Source of the DNA: Cyanophora paradoxa CCMP329
Taxonomy: Eukaryota; Plantae; Glaucophyta
Length of the DNA: 64,000 bases
Direction of reading: 5' to 3'
Assembly (NCBI GenBank): GCA_004431415.1
Contig: QPMI01000590.1
Location: 62,001-126,000 of the forward strand
Position numbers and translations under genes: made by a program. Below, in pieces: positions 36,622 through 58,200 of the stretch (position 1 is its first letter; each line of letters starts with the position of its first letter). Below the pieces are notes generated by a model. It did no database searches. It was given only the letters and a program-made list of their open reading frames with translations, and had not been told where the DNA came from.

Positions 36622-39600
36622 AAAGAGGCTTCGCCTGAAGAGGCTTCGCCCGAAATTGGCAGGGCTAATAGAAATGTTTCTAGAAAAAATGCCATCACTG
36701 GTCGCGTGTAGGAAGTTACTAGGAACTTACTAGGAAGTAGGTACCACAGGCTATACCGGTATATGCATATGATACGTAACACAATAATATATAGTGCGCG
36801 CATTATACATTATATTAGTGCGGTACCAAATTAATTAGTGATGGCGGAAAACGTACTAATTTGAGACCGCACAAATTAAAGCGTGCCAGCTAGGAAACAA
36901 GGGGTACAGCATATACCCCACGCCCCATACTGGGACATACATCCATCATCCATGGCACGGAAACGAAAAAACGCACTAATTATAATTTGAGACCGAGCTA
37001 ATTAATTAAATTTGGTCAGGCTTCGAATTCAATGATTCGCCTTTTATATATATATATGTACACCGTACGTACACCGTATCGTGGGGTACACTTAAGGAAA
37101 TGCTTAAGACCCCCCAAAATGTTTACTATGTAATTTTGGGGTTTGGCGGCAGGTGGAACTTTGCAATTGGCCAGTTTCGTAGGCCTAAACAAAATATGCT
37201 TCAGCAGGGGGTTCCCGGGTCCAGCCCTAATCTCCAGGGTGCACGTATTGCAGCAGTGATATACTGTCCAAGTCCCTGTAGCCCTGTACCCCTGTAGCTC
37301 AGTCCATCTGTACCCCAATACACCACCTTGCCAGCTATCTAGCCTGGCAATACACGTGGGCGCGGCGCGTGCAAGGGGGAGTGCTCGACGCCGGCGACGC
37401 CGCGCGCTTCTGCGCTTCCTTCCGAAGTTCGAGCAATTCAACTACGACCGCTCCGACGTTACTGCGCTACGTACCCCCTTGGCCTCGGGTTTAATAGTGT
37501 CAAGATTTACCAGCTGCTACGTATACTAGGCTAAACCGGCACTAGTACTGCGGCAGTTTTGATTTGGCCATGGCGAAGTACTATTTATTTTTCCTGTACT
37601 AAATTGACCAGTTCTCCAGACTCCAGTTCTTTCAACTGTCATGTGCACAGACTCAATCGTTAGTCAGAAAGTCAGCGGTAACCGTTGACTGTTTCATTTT
37701 CGACACCTTTACGTTTTTTTAATGATTATTTTATTCATTTTCATCCTTTTTATGCGCCCCCGGCCGCTTAAGCTTCTATAAGCTTATGCGCCCCCGCCGG
37801 CCCCCCGGCCGCTTAAGCTTCTATAGCTATAGCTAGCTTCTTCCCCGGCCCCCGGCCCTTCCCCCCTTAAGCTTAAGCTTCTATAGCTAGATCTGTGGAA
37901 GTTCTGACCGGACCCCACCACGGGCCTTGCAATAATAATTGCAAATTGCATTTCTGTCTCCAAGCTCCAAAACAATATAATTATAAACTATACAATACTG
38001 TCTGAGTCTGTCTCTCAGATCTTGAACTTCGAATTCGGAATGCTTATTGTGGTGTTATACTATGATATAAAAAGTGCTTCGCAGCTTTAACGTTGTGTCG
38101 ACGTCAGCGCATGCGGTGCGCAACGCATGGTACTATAGCTAGTATTGAGAATGGAGACGCGAAGACTCTGAGACGATATCGATATCGATCGCGAGGTGGA
38201 AGATCTAGAGTCCGACTCGGAACCCGAACGAGGCCGAGGGCAGGAGAATATTGGGCAGGGGGTGGGAGGCCGGGGCCCGCGGCCGCGGACACGACTCGCC
38301 CATCGGACTGCAGAGCTCAGAGCGATCACAGAGCTCGCACTGGGGTTGGCTGTGGGAGGGCCGCAGGCCTAGGAAGTGGCAGATTTGTGGAGCGGCAAGG
38401 GAAAAGGGCAAGGGTACGGCGAGGGATCGCGATCGGGGCAGATAAACGGGCCCGCAGCAGCCGGGCCGGGCGCGGCAGCTAGGCGCGCGCGGGGCACGCC
38501 GTAACGGGCCTAGGGCACACCCGGGCCCGTTAACGTTCTTGAAACTCTCGAGGCGCATACGAATTCGAAGCGCTGAAGCGCGTCAGCTGCGAAATTATGG
38601 CATCAGCTGTACAAGTGCGTGTCGAAGGCAGCTGCAGGCCAAGCTTAAGACAGCACATGCACCGCGTACCGGGACTGCCACGGCCGAGCCGGGCCGGCCC
38701 GTGGTCGCATACGTATACCGCGCCCTTCTAGGCGCCCCTTCTAGGCCCGCGGTGGAACCGACGGCCCTTCTAGGCGCCCCGGCTAGGCATCGGGAGGTGG
38801 ACTGTCTTGACGGCGGGTCACCACCTGCAATTTTGCAAGTGCACGCCGCGACACCGGGCAGAGCCGCGCGCGCGCCGGGCCCGGGCCTCGAGCTCTGGCG
38901 CGGGCGCCTGCGCCGGCCGCGGCGCCGCCTGCAGTTAATTAGTACGTTGAGCGCGGGCCCGCGGCCGGGGGCGCCGGTCGCGGGCTCGGAGATCTCACGC
39001 CGGTGGTGATACGACCGCGTCTCGTCTGTACCTCACTGAGTCAAACGTTAACGCAATTGCAAGCGCACAGTTGCATGCGACGAGTTCGGTAGGCCTAGCT
39101 ATAGGGCATGCGCACGCGCGCGTGGCGGCCTATGCGCCTAGGCCTAGGTAGGCCTATGCGCAGCGAGCTGGGTGCGGCGAGCTCGAGGCGAGCCACGCTG
39201 GCCATGCATATGGCGGCGCGATGTGGCGGCACTGCGCGCAGTCCGGTCAGAGGTCTCTGCGCACGCTCGCTCGTGGGCTAGCTGGCGCACCTCTCTGCAT
39301 CCGCTACATGGCCTCCTAATCTGCTACGAGTGAAAACTCAGATCAAACGACAGCCGACAGCCGGATCAAACTCAGATCAAACGACAGCAACGCGAGCGCT
39401 TCCCTCCTCTGGCGGGGCCCCGCGCGCCCGAGCTTGATGTACTCGATGGGCGCTGCATTTTTTTTGCGAGATTGGGTACAGGAAGTGTCAGGGTCAGTGC
39501 CCAAGGGGGGGGCCAGGCAGGGTGTACCCCAGGCAGAAAAGTGCGTCGCCCCTTGCCCACCATCCACAGGCCCGCGAACAGCGGGAGCTAGTGCGGGAGG

Positions 39601-39820
39601 TTGCATAGGCAGCGAGGGAAGCCGCTAAGGACGATCGGCGGCAACCGAGGCGGCGAGCCTGCAGCGCGAGCTAGCGCGTTCGTCGGCGCCGTCCGCCTAG
39701 CCTGTTTAGCGCCTGGATCGCCGCATCTAACGCGCTGCTTCGCCACTCGGCCCTGCCGCTCGCGACGCCTGCAGCCCGCTGACTACCTCCCGCCCTTCCC
39801 TTCCGCCCCGCAGCAGCACA

Positions 39821-40280
39821 ATGGTGAAGTTCCTGAAGTCCGGCAAGGTGGTGGTCCTCACCCAGGGCCGGTTTGCTGGCCGCAAGGCGGTCATCGTGAA
39901 GAACTACGATGACGGCTCGAGCGAGCGCCACTTCGGCCACGCGCTCGTCGCCGGCATTGAGCGCTACCCGCTCAAGGTCACCAAGGATATGGGCCAGAAG
40001 CGCATGGCGAAGCGCTCCAAGGTCAAGCCCTTCCTGCGCATGATCAACTACAACCACATCATGCCCACCCGCTACTCGCTGGACGTCGACCTTAAGTCGG
40101 TCAACCCGACTGAGGTGGCTGCCAACCCGACTGCCAAGCAGGCCGCCAAGAAGGAGCTCGCTAAGGTCTTCAAGGAGCGGTACCAGACTGGCAAGAACAA
40201 GGTGCGCGGGGGCGCTGCGTCGCGCCCCCCGCGCGCTCACGCCCCGCGCGCAGTGGTTCTTCACGAAGCTCCGCTTCTAA
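39821..40280 (+). CDS. RPL27: 60S ribosomal protein L27 (eL27)
   Basis: [67 protein letters not shown], then intron 40202-40253 (GT-AG), then WFFTKLRF* ending at 40280. Confidence 0.97.
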
Positions 40281-40685
40281 GCGGCTCGCTGCGGCATCCG
40301 CCGCCGTGCACCGGAGAGGCCAGCGGCAGTCGACGACCAGCCGCAGCCCCCGGCTAGCAATTCGAATCTTCGCTTCGCCACCTGTTCAGCTGCCTGCCGC
40401 CTATCGCAACCGCGTCGAGCGGTGCGAGCACGGACCGCGCCCTTGTAGCCCCTTAGTGCCACTCCCTCGTCACCTGTGCTTTCTGGCCTGAGGAATCAGA
40501 CGCGCGGCCCTCTTCTCTTTCTCTGTGCACAGCCATCGCACATCGGGAGTGGGCTATTTCCGGCAGTTCCCGGGGCGGGTCTCCCCTCCTTCCGTTTTCC
40601 TCCTTTTCCGATGCGCCGGTCGCGATCGGAGGAGGGACGCTGCCTGTTCCCGTTCGCGATCGAAGGGTTTTGGAGGGGTACTAGG

Positions 40686-43739
<3,054 letters not shown>

Positions 43740-43846
43740 CCAATCAACGCAGATGCTGCAAATCCGATCGAAGCCCTTGGCGACTTCTTCTCCAAAGTCT
43801 TCCTGCGGTGGGGTACGGCCAAGTGCAAGTTCGGAGGGTACAAGCG

Positions 43847-50956
<7,110 letters not shown>

Positions 50957-51058
50957 CCGCCGCCCCGCCCCGCTCCCCGGCGCCGGCGTGCATGTAGGCC
51001 GGCCAGCCTGTAGCAATGCGAGCCACACTTTCTTTGAAGATCGCTGGATCGCTGGCTG

Positions 51059-51340
51059 TGTCGCCTGGCTCGATTCCCAGGCCTTGCGGTGACTTAGTGA
51101 CTAGAGCTAGTTGGTGCCTGACGTAGTCTGAGAGCCCTGGCATAGTCTCTCTTCCTGTAGGCTTACCTCTCGGTAGCCTACGCTGGCCTGCCTCTACCTG
51201 TCTTAGGGGTACAGAGTCAGTAGTCTTCCGGGTACACAGTGAATACACCAGCCTGCATCTACAGCTGCTCCAGCACAGGGAGCCGGCCCCGCGCAGTACT
51301 GCGCGGTGCCTAATCGGGTGGGAATACCTCCCATCCGACA
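51059..51340 (+). repeat. 5' LTR (282 bp)
   Basis: TG...CA ends with 5-bp terminal inverted repeat; identical to the 3' LTR except for a 6-bp indel. Confidence 0.95.
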
Positions 51341-54300
51341 GGCGCCACTGCTCACGGAACTGGGCCCGTGGGCAGCCTCCGACAGCATCAGCCCGTCATC
51401 TTCGGCGACCAGCAGCGATGCGCACGCATCGCTAGTAGCTCTAGAAGATCTTCTCAGTGCCGATCGGCGACCCCCGCGCACCGGCGGGCCCGGATCGGCG
51501 TGCGATCGATACGCACACAGCGATCAGCCTCAGCGAGCCGCCAGGCTCCCCGTCAGCGCACCGGAAACGTAGAACTAGCTCTGGAGAACCGATAAATGCG
51601 GTCGGACGCGCCCTCCCGTCGCCCTCGCCGACGGACGCCGCAGATCTTGTCCAGATCCCCGAGGGACAACCTCGACGCCCATGCCCGTACGCGCGCCCCG
51701 CCGCGCAGCGCCGCGCGTACGGCCTCGCGCAGATGAAAGAAGACCTTTACGACGACCAGCGACTGGCGAGCCTCGCCCTGGACCGAGGCGTGCATGAGCA
51801 TGGTCGATCGGCTGTGCTGGCTCTCGCTAGCCTTGCACTCCGAGCCCAGCGCTTCGCGCCGGAGTTCATCACGGCCTGTGCTGGCGCAGCGCACGCGCAC
51901 AGCTCCCGGGGTGCGCGCCTGGCCCTTGTCCTTGAGATTTGATCTGCTGGGGTCGGCAGATTTGATCTTGGCACTGGACGCGTACGGGCTCGGACCTCGC
52001 CTGCGCCGCGCGCGCCCCACTAAGCGCGGGCGGTCGCTGGCCACCTATAGAGAGCCAGGCGAGCCGCTCGCCCGCAGATCCTTCAGCGGATCTGGAGGAG
52101 ACGTGGGGGCAGCCGCGTGGCTTAGCCTGGCGCCCACGGCCGCGGGCTGAGGTTCTGGCTCAGCGCGGTTACGACGGCCAGAACTTAGCCCTGTGGAAGC
52201 CAGGCCCGCGCACGAATACCCGAGGGTACTATTCCCGGTCGGATTCGTCGACGCCGCCTGCGCGAGCTGTCGAGCGAGCCCGAGGGTACTATTCCCGGTC
52301 GGTCGCCGGACACTCGCCGCGACGCCAGCCCTCTACGGCTGCTGCGATCGTGCTGGACAAGCTCGAGTGGACCGGATTGAGAACTGAGGCCGCGCGCCCG
52401 AGTTCCTTCCGGGCGAGAGGAAGAGCGATCGGATCGATGGCTGAGGCGTGCGCGCCCGAGCTGTCTCCAGAATCGCCGCAGCCGAGCTTGCTCGCCGCTG
52501 CTGTGGACCACGACGGCCTCAGATCTCGAGTAAGGCACATTCTCTCACGGACTAGCGTGGCTTTACGCCGTCGCTTGACCTGAGAATGCCCTCAAGACCT
52601 GGAGCTCAAGTGGCCCGACTGCAGAGCGGACCCACCTGCTGCCTCGCGCGCAGGCAGGGCCCTCTTGCCCCGCCATGGCCAAGATCTCGAGCTTGAGAGC
52701 ATTAGCCTTCCCTCGGCTGATGCTTCTCTCGGCCTCAACTCTTGATCATGATCATGAGCGCCTGCACGCTGGCCATGGCCTCGGATCCGACGCAACGCCG
52801 CGGTGGCGGTGATGCACTCGGCGCAGCCAGCGGCGCCGGCACACACACACCGAACGTCGACGCAAGGCTCAAACTTGATTAATTATAAGCTGAAGGCCTA
52901 GCTATGGGACGTGGTCTCGAGCTCACTTCAAGAGCTTGAGACGGGAACCGGAAGCGATATCGATATCGATAGCGCGGCCCTCGGCCTCGGAGGCTCGAGC
53001 TGCTTTATCTTTCGAATTCTGCTGTGCACAGCTATGCGCTAGCCGTCTGCCTCGAGCTCAAGCTTGTGGCAGCTGCAGCCGGCCGGTACCTGGCACACCG
53101 TGACACCTTCTCTCGCGAAGCACCGCGGACGGTGCTAGCGAGAAGGGGGAGTGACGCCATGATCATGATGGCAAGCCGCGGCAGTATCACATGCGTATGC
53201 ACAGTACGCGAGCTGCTGATCATGATCATGCATATGCAAGATCACGAGCTTGAGCTGCAAAATCGAATTCAAACGCGCCTCGCAACGCCTCCCCCGCGAG
53301 CCGCTGAGCTCACCAAGCTCGCCACGTCTGCTGGGTTCGCGAAGGCCAAGGCCCCCCGCCACGTGCAAGCAGGCGCGGCCAAAGGTCACTCTGCGCATGC
53401 GGCCTGGGCCAGCCCCGCGGCCCCAAGCTCCGAAGCAACGAGAGCTGGGCCCGGCCCCCGCCGTTGAGGAGCGTGAAATTCCCCCTGACGAGGGGATGCC
53501 CGACGACCCCGGCCCGGGACGCTCCGGGCGAGGCCGGCGACGAGTCACCGCCTTGTGGGCCCGCCCCGCCGGATGCCTGTGACACCAACGACCTTCCCCT
53601 CGCGCTTGCCGAGGAAGTCCCAAAGCGCTCAGAGACTGGACCTCGTCGGTGGGGCGCTCGAGGGTTCGCCGAGCCGCGGCCCCTGCACCCCGACGAGATC
53701 TTTCCCCGCGGCCCTGCCCTGAGGTGGCAGCCCTGGGACGAGTACAACACGCGCCACTGGCGCTCGCCGGCCGAACCCGAGGACCGGCTGACTCCCGATC
53801 GATATCCGCATCGGGTGGAATTCGAAGCCGGAGTTCCGGGGTCTGCCAGGCCAGCCCATGGCCGGCGCCATGCACATGGCACCGGACACTGAGTTCCACT
53901 AAGTAAGCTCTGGGTCGGACGGCATTGGCCGCCTCGAATGCCCAGCGGCCAGCTGTAATTTGGGCCCACTTCCGGCCCCGGGCCGGCCGGCCGCAAGGCT
54001 AAGCTCTAATGTCGGCCCCGGCCGATTGCAACTGGCATCCGGCTCCAATCCGGCCGCTATCGCTGCTTTGGAATCCGCAGTGCTGAATCGCATATCGAGC
54101 TACCAGCCGGCTTGGCGACCGGTGGTTAGAGCCTCGAGCTCAGAACTCGAGCTCAAGGTCACGCACCAGACGCTCGCGAGGGCCAGAGCTGATGCCCTGA
54201 TGCCGAGCTTGAGTGCGAAATTGGGAGATTTACCCCTCACGAGCTTCAAGCTCGGATCAGGGCCGCCAGGCCTCGCAACCGGCCCCTAGGCCTGTCCGAC

Positions 54301-55259
54301 GGTCTTCCCGCAGCACTGCGTGCTGCATTCGGGAGCGCCGGTCGGCATCCTGAGGCCTTGATGCTCGAATTCGAGCCGCTACCCGACCAGGCCTGGAGCT
54401 AGAGGCCCGGCCTGCACTTCTGAGGCTCGTCGAGCCTCGGAGAGTGGCGCGTTTCACGCACAGCCGGCCCATGCGGCCCCCGAGCTCGAGGTTCACCTGG
54501 CTACCTAGCCTGGGCCCCATGGTCCTCGAGCTCGAGCCTAGCGCTAGCGCTAGCGCCGGCGGCGATATCAACTGCGGATTCGAGCTCGAGAGGCGAGCTC
54601 CGGCCCGCGGCCCGAACCGTAATCACGCCGTCACGAGCCCCAGGCTCGAAAGGGGCCCGAGTTGCTGAGGCTCTCTGCCTACAGCTGTCGCAAAAAAGCG
54701 CAAGACGCCCCGCAGTCGGGCCTGGCCCAAGATTGAGGGCGCCGCGCGGCGCACCTCTCACTGCGAGCCAGCACCTGGCCTGGCCTGCTCGATGCAAGCT
54801 CTCAACTCCGGGTCCCGAGGCTCTCCGATCCGGACTGGAAGCTGTCAGGCCTAGATCCGGATCCGCCGGGCCGGACCCCGAAGCTCACGCTGCTTTTCGA
54901 GCGAGACGTCGACGCTCTGGGCCCCGGTTGACTAAGCCTTGGAGCAATCGCAAGCCGCCACTGTGCCAGCTCGAACGCCCGGCGGCCCGCCCGGCGCGGC
55001 GCCTCGCGATCGAGCTCGAGCTCGCTTCCGAGCCCTGGATCCGGTTATGGGTCGATTTCGGCCCTCATGATCAGGGCCTGCTGGCACTGCGAACTTCGGA
55101 ATTCGGCTCCCGCCGTTGCCGCTGCGTGCACGCAGACCGAGCTCATGATCAGCCGCGAGCTGAGGGCCGGAAGTCACGTGCATGAGCACGTCCACCACGG
55201 CTCAGAGCTGCCCAGCCTCCAAGGCTCCGCGGCTGCTGAGCCCCAGGCCCGCGATCAGA

Positions 55260-58200
55260 CCTGCGACTGGCAGTGCCAAGCCTCGCCAGGCACAAATTCG
55301 ATGCCGTCACGGCGTTTCGGTCTCGGCCGCCGACACCCGCCGGTCCCGGTCTCGGCCGCCGGGCCCCATCGAATTACGATCGGCAACTCGCCTTCGCGGT
55401 TGCCCTCGCCTTCGCGGTCAGGGATCGCGATCGCCGAGCTGCCGTTCGCATCGCCGAACTGCCGTTCGAGGTGGCCCGGCCCCGGCCCCACGGCCAGAGG
55501 CGCGATTGCGAAAATGTGCACTGCGGCAGCACGCCCAGACCCGGTGTGCTTGTCACAGCACACCGCGGCACGATCCGCAGCGCAGCTGTCACAGTGTGCG
55601 CGATCGGGATACCAATCCTCAAATCGAACCCCATGGCTGATCTCGCGTGCTGCGACGTCGGGATCCTTCGAGTTCCCGCGCGCGCGTCCAATGCCGTGCC
55701 TCACGATCGATATCGGCCTGCGGCCCCCAGGCCTCGGCCCTGTACCTCGCGCCGCTACGAGCCTCCAGAGGCCTGAGAACAGCGTCTCTCGCGCCGCTGC
55801 GAGCAAGGAGCGCTACAAAGCCGGGTCACAGCCCTACGCCGACCCGGGTGACCGATCGCAAAATCGCGGGCCTTGAATTCGAACTTTGAATTCCGAAGTT
55901 CCAACCCGGCCTCGGCCTCCGATCCGTGAACGTGGGATCGCCCTCGGCTCGAGATCGAAGCTGGTCACGTGTACGTACACGCTTACGACAGCGCCGTGCG
56001 CGCGGCACGGCGCCGGCCCGCTGTCGACGTCGACGTCGCGACCGCCTGCCTCGTGACCTCGAACTCGAGCCTTGGAGCCGCTGAGCCCGTTGAGTCTCGC
56101 CCTCTCTCAGAGGCGGAGGCACCCGGCCCGGCCCCAGGCATCATGGCATATTGGCTCTGCCCCCCCACCCGCACCGCGGCGGCTGGTGGGCGCAGATCGT
56201 GATCGCATGGCCATGCGAACGCCTGTAAATATTCAAGCCGATGCGTATACGGCCCTCGCCCCTCGGCCCGAGGCCCCGCAGCCCACGGCCAGCTTGCCGC
56301 TGAGCCCTGGAAGTCCTCTGCAGCTATATAGCTACCCGCAGAAGTAGCTGCGGTCCCTGGCCTCGAATCCAGAGGACGGGCTTAGCCCGCGATCGGCGCT
56401 TGCAATTGCCTGCAAACAGCTGGCGGCTGCGGCCCGGAGGCCCTAGGCCTGCCCTCAGCCTGGCAGGGCCCGAAGCTGACAGCGGCACCCACGCCCCGCG
56501 CCAAAGCGTCCAATGCGCCTGGCGCCCCGATGCGCGGGCGCCTCGCGATCGCCGACATCGTGCCACGTGAACGAGCCTCGGAGCTCGGGCACTGCGCTTC
56601 GAAGTCGTCTCGAGCCGCCTTTGGCCAAGGCGAGCTCGAGCTCACGATCAAAGTTACGCTAGCTCGCTTGGATTTAAACCCAGAGCCCGCTGCACGCGCT
56701 CCAGCCCGCCCGTGGCTGCCGTGCACGTGCCGGGCCATGCGTATAGGGTCCGATGACCCGCGAGAATCCGATAATCGAGATCCGTCAATTCGCAATCGTT
56801 GCCCCGATTCAGGGTGCCGGCCTGCGAATTTGGATCGCAAGGAACGACTATCGCGAGCCTCGCGATCGCGATCGGATTTGGAGCAGCTGCGGTCGCAGGC
56901 GGCCCTCGGCCCTTTTGAGGTCTGAGGTTGCCCGGGCTCGCAGCTCCGGCTCCCTCCTGCCAGACTATCCCCACCGCCGGGCCGGCACTGCGGAAGCCGT
57001 GCCCGTCCGATATCGATATCGCGAAAATCCGATAATCGGGACCGGACTCAAAGATTCGCCATCGAATATTCCGAGCCTCGGAGTGCCCGGCCAGCCCGTA
57101 TCTGACGGACGGCCCGTCACATTCGAGCCCCGAGCTCGGAGCAGTCGCACTTTCAGGCGACCCTCGGCCCTTACCTGGCACGTCCCCTCGCGGGCCCCTC
57201 GCCCAAGGGCCTCCTCGTCGGCGCCTGCGTCGACCCGCATCGGGATTCCAGCCCCGGCCCACCGGGCCGCACCGGCCTGCCCCGCGAAAACCGGCACGGC
57301 CACGAGCCCAGCGAAATTCGGGGCGAGCCTAGGCCCCGCGAATATCCGCGTCGCGGATCCACGATCACGCTCGATCGCTGGACGTCGCAAAGCTGTGAAT
57401 TAGGGCCTCGCCCCTACGAGAACGCGGATTGTGGCCCCCGGCCCCGACGCGAATCGAAGCTCGCAACGGGCTCGACTCGTCCTCCCGAGTTCCGGTGAAA
57501 CCGAGGCTAATCGCGAGCGTCAAGCTAGCGACTGGAATCGAATGTCGGGCTCCCACGCGTGGGCCAGCGCTACAACGTACAGCGGGCCCCAGAGCCGCTT
57601 GTCGAGCCGCGCACGACTCTTTTCACGTGCAATCGCGTGGCCGCGGACGCGGACACCGATCGCGAGCGCCACAAATATTCAAGCCGCAGCCACCATGGCC
57701 AGCGGGAATAAAGGCTGCAAACGTTAAACAAAACTAAACGGCTAGCCCTACCTTGCATAAACCGCGTGCACGTGCACGTGTGTGTTGCAGGCGCGGGTCT
57801 CAGCCCCGGCCAGGCCCACAGCATATGCATCGATATCGCGACCGGATATCGGATGCAGCCGCTGAGCAGCCGCGCTGAGCGCCGCGAAAAATTCGAAGCC
57901 TGAGCACTTATGCGGTAGCTTTCTCAAAGAGGCTGCGCACACGGCCCCGTGGCCCCGGACCGACTCGCGAAACGACGTCGACTCGCGATCGCGAACGGAC
58001 GATCGGCTGCGCTGAACAGCGCCCGGCTCTCTCTGCCAACGCCGGCACGCCGCTCGGCGAGCGCTGATGAGGCGCTGTAATGGAGCGCCGTGCTACAGAG
58101 CGCCGATCCAGCTATCGAATGTACGGTCGCGATTTGCAGCGGCATACATTCGCGCGAGCACTCCGAGAACGGCGCTGGCAATGCCAGCCCGCCAAGGGCA

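Larger units (their letters stand above)
30840..36654 (-). mobile_element. Nested cluster of non-autonomous Helentron/Helitron2-like elements carrying ~149-bp tandem repeats
   Basis: One end (32808, 33989) reads acaagatcc + hairpin gtgctc-ctgcg-gagcac + taagtac + ggcgaagcctc. The other end (~35855, ~35871, ~36625, ~36640) carries the reverse complement gaggcttcgcc. This is an asymmetric inverted repeat plus subterminal hairpin, with insertion at AA/TT and no TSD. No Rep/helicase is present, so the classification is structural. Confidence 0.6.

Noticed and set aside
30840-36654. CRISPR-like array, or coding ORFs in the repeat block
   Set aside because: The spacers between the conserved cores are homologous to each other (satellite monomers), there are no cas genes, and the context is eukaryotic. 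The ORFs are translations of repeats.
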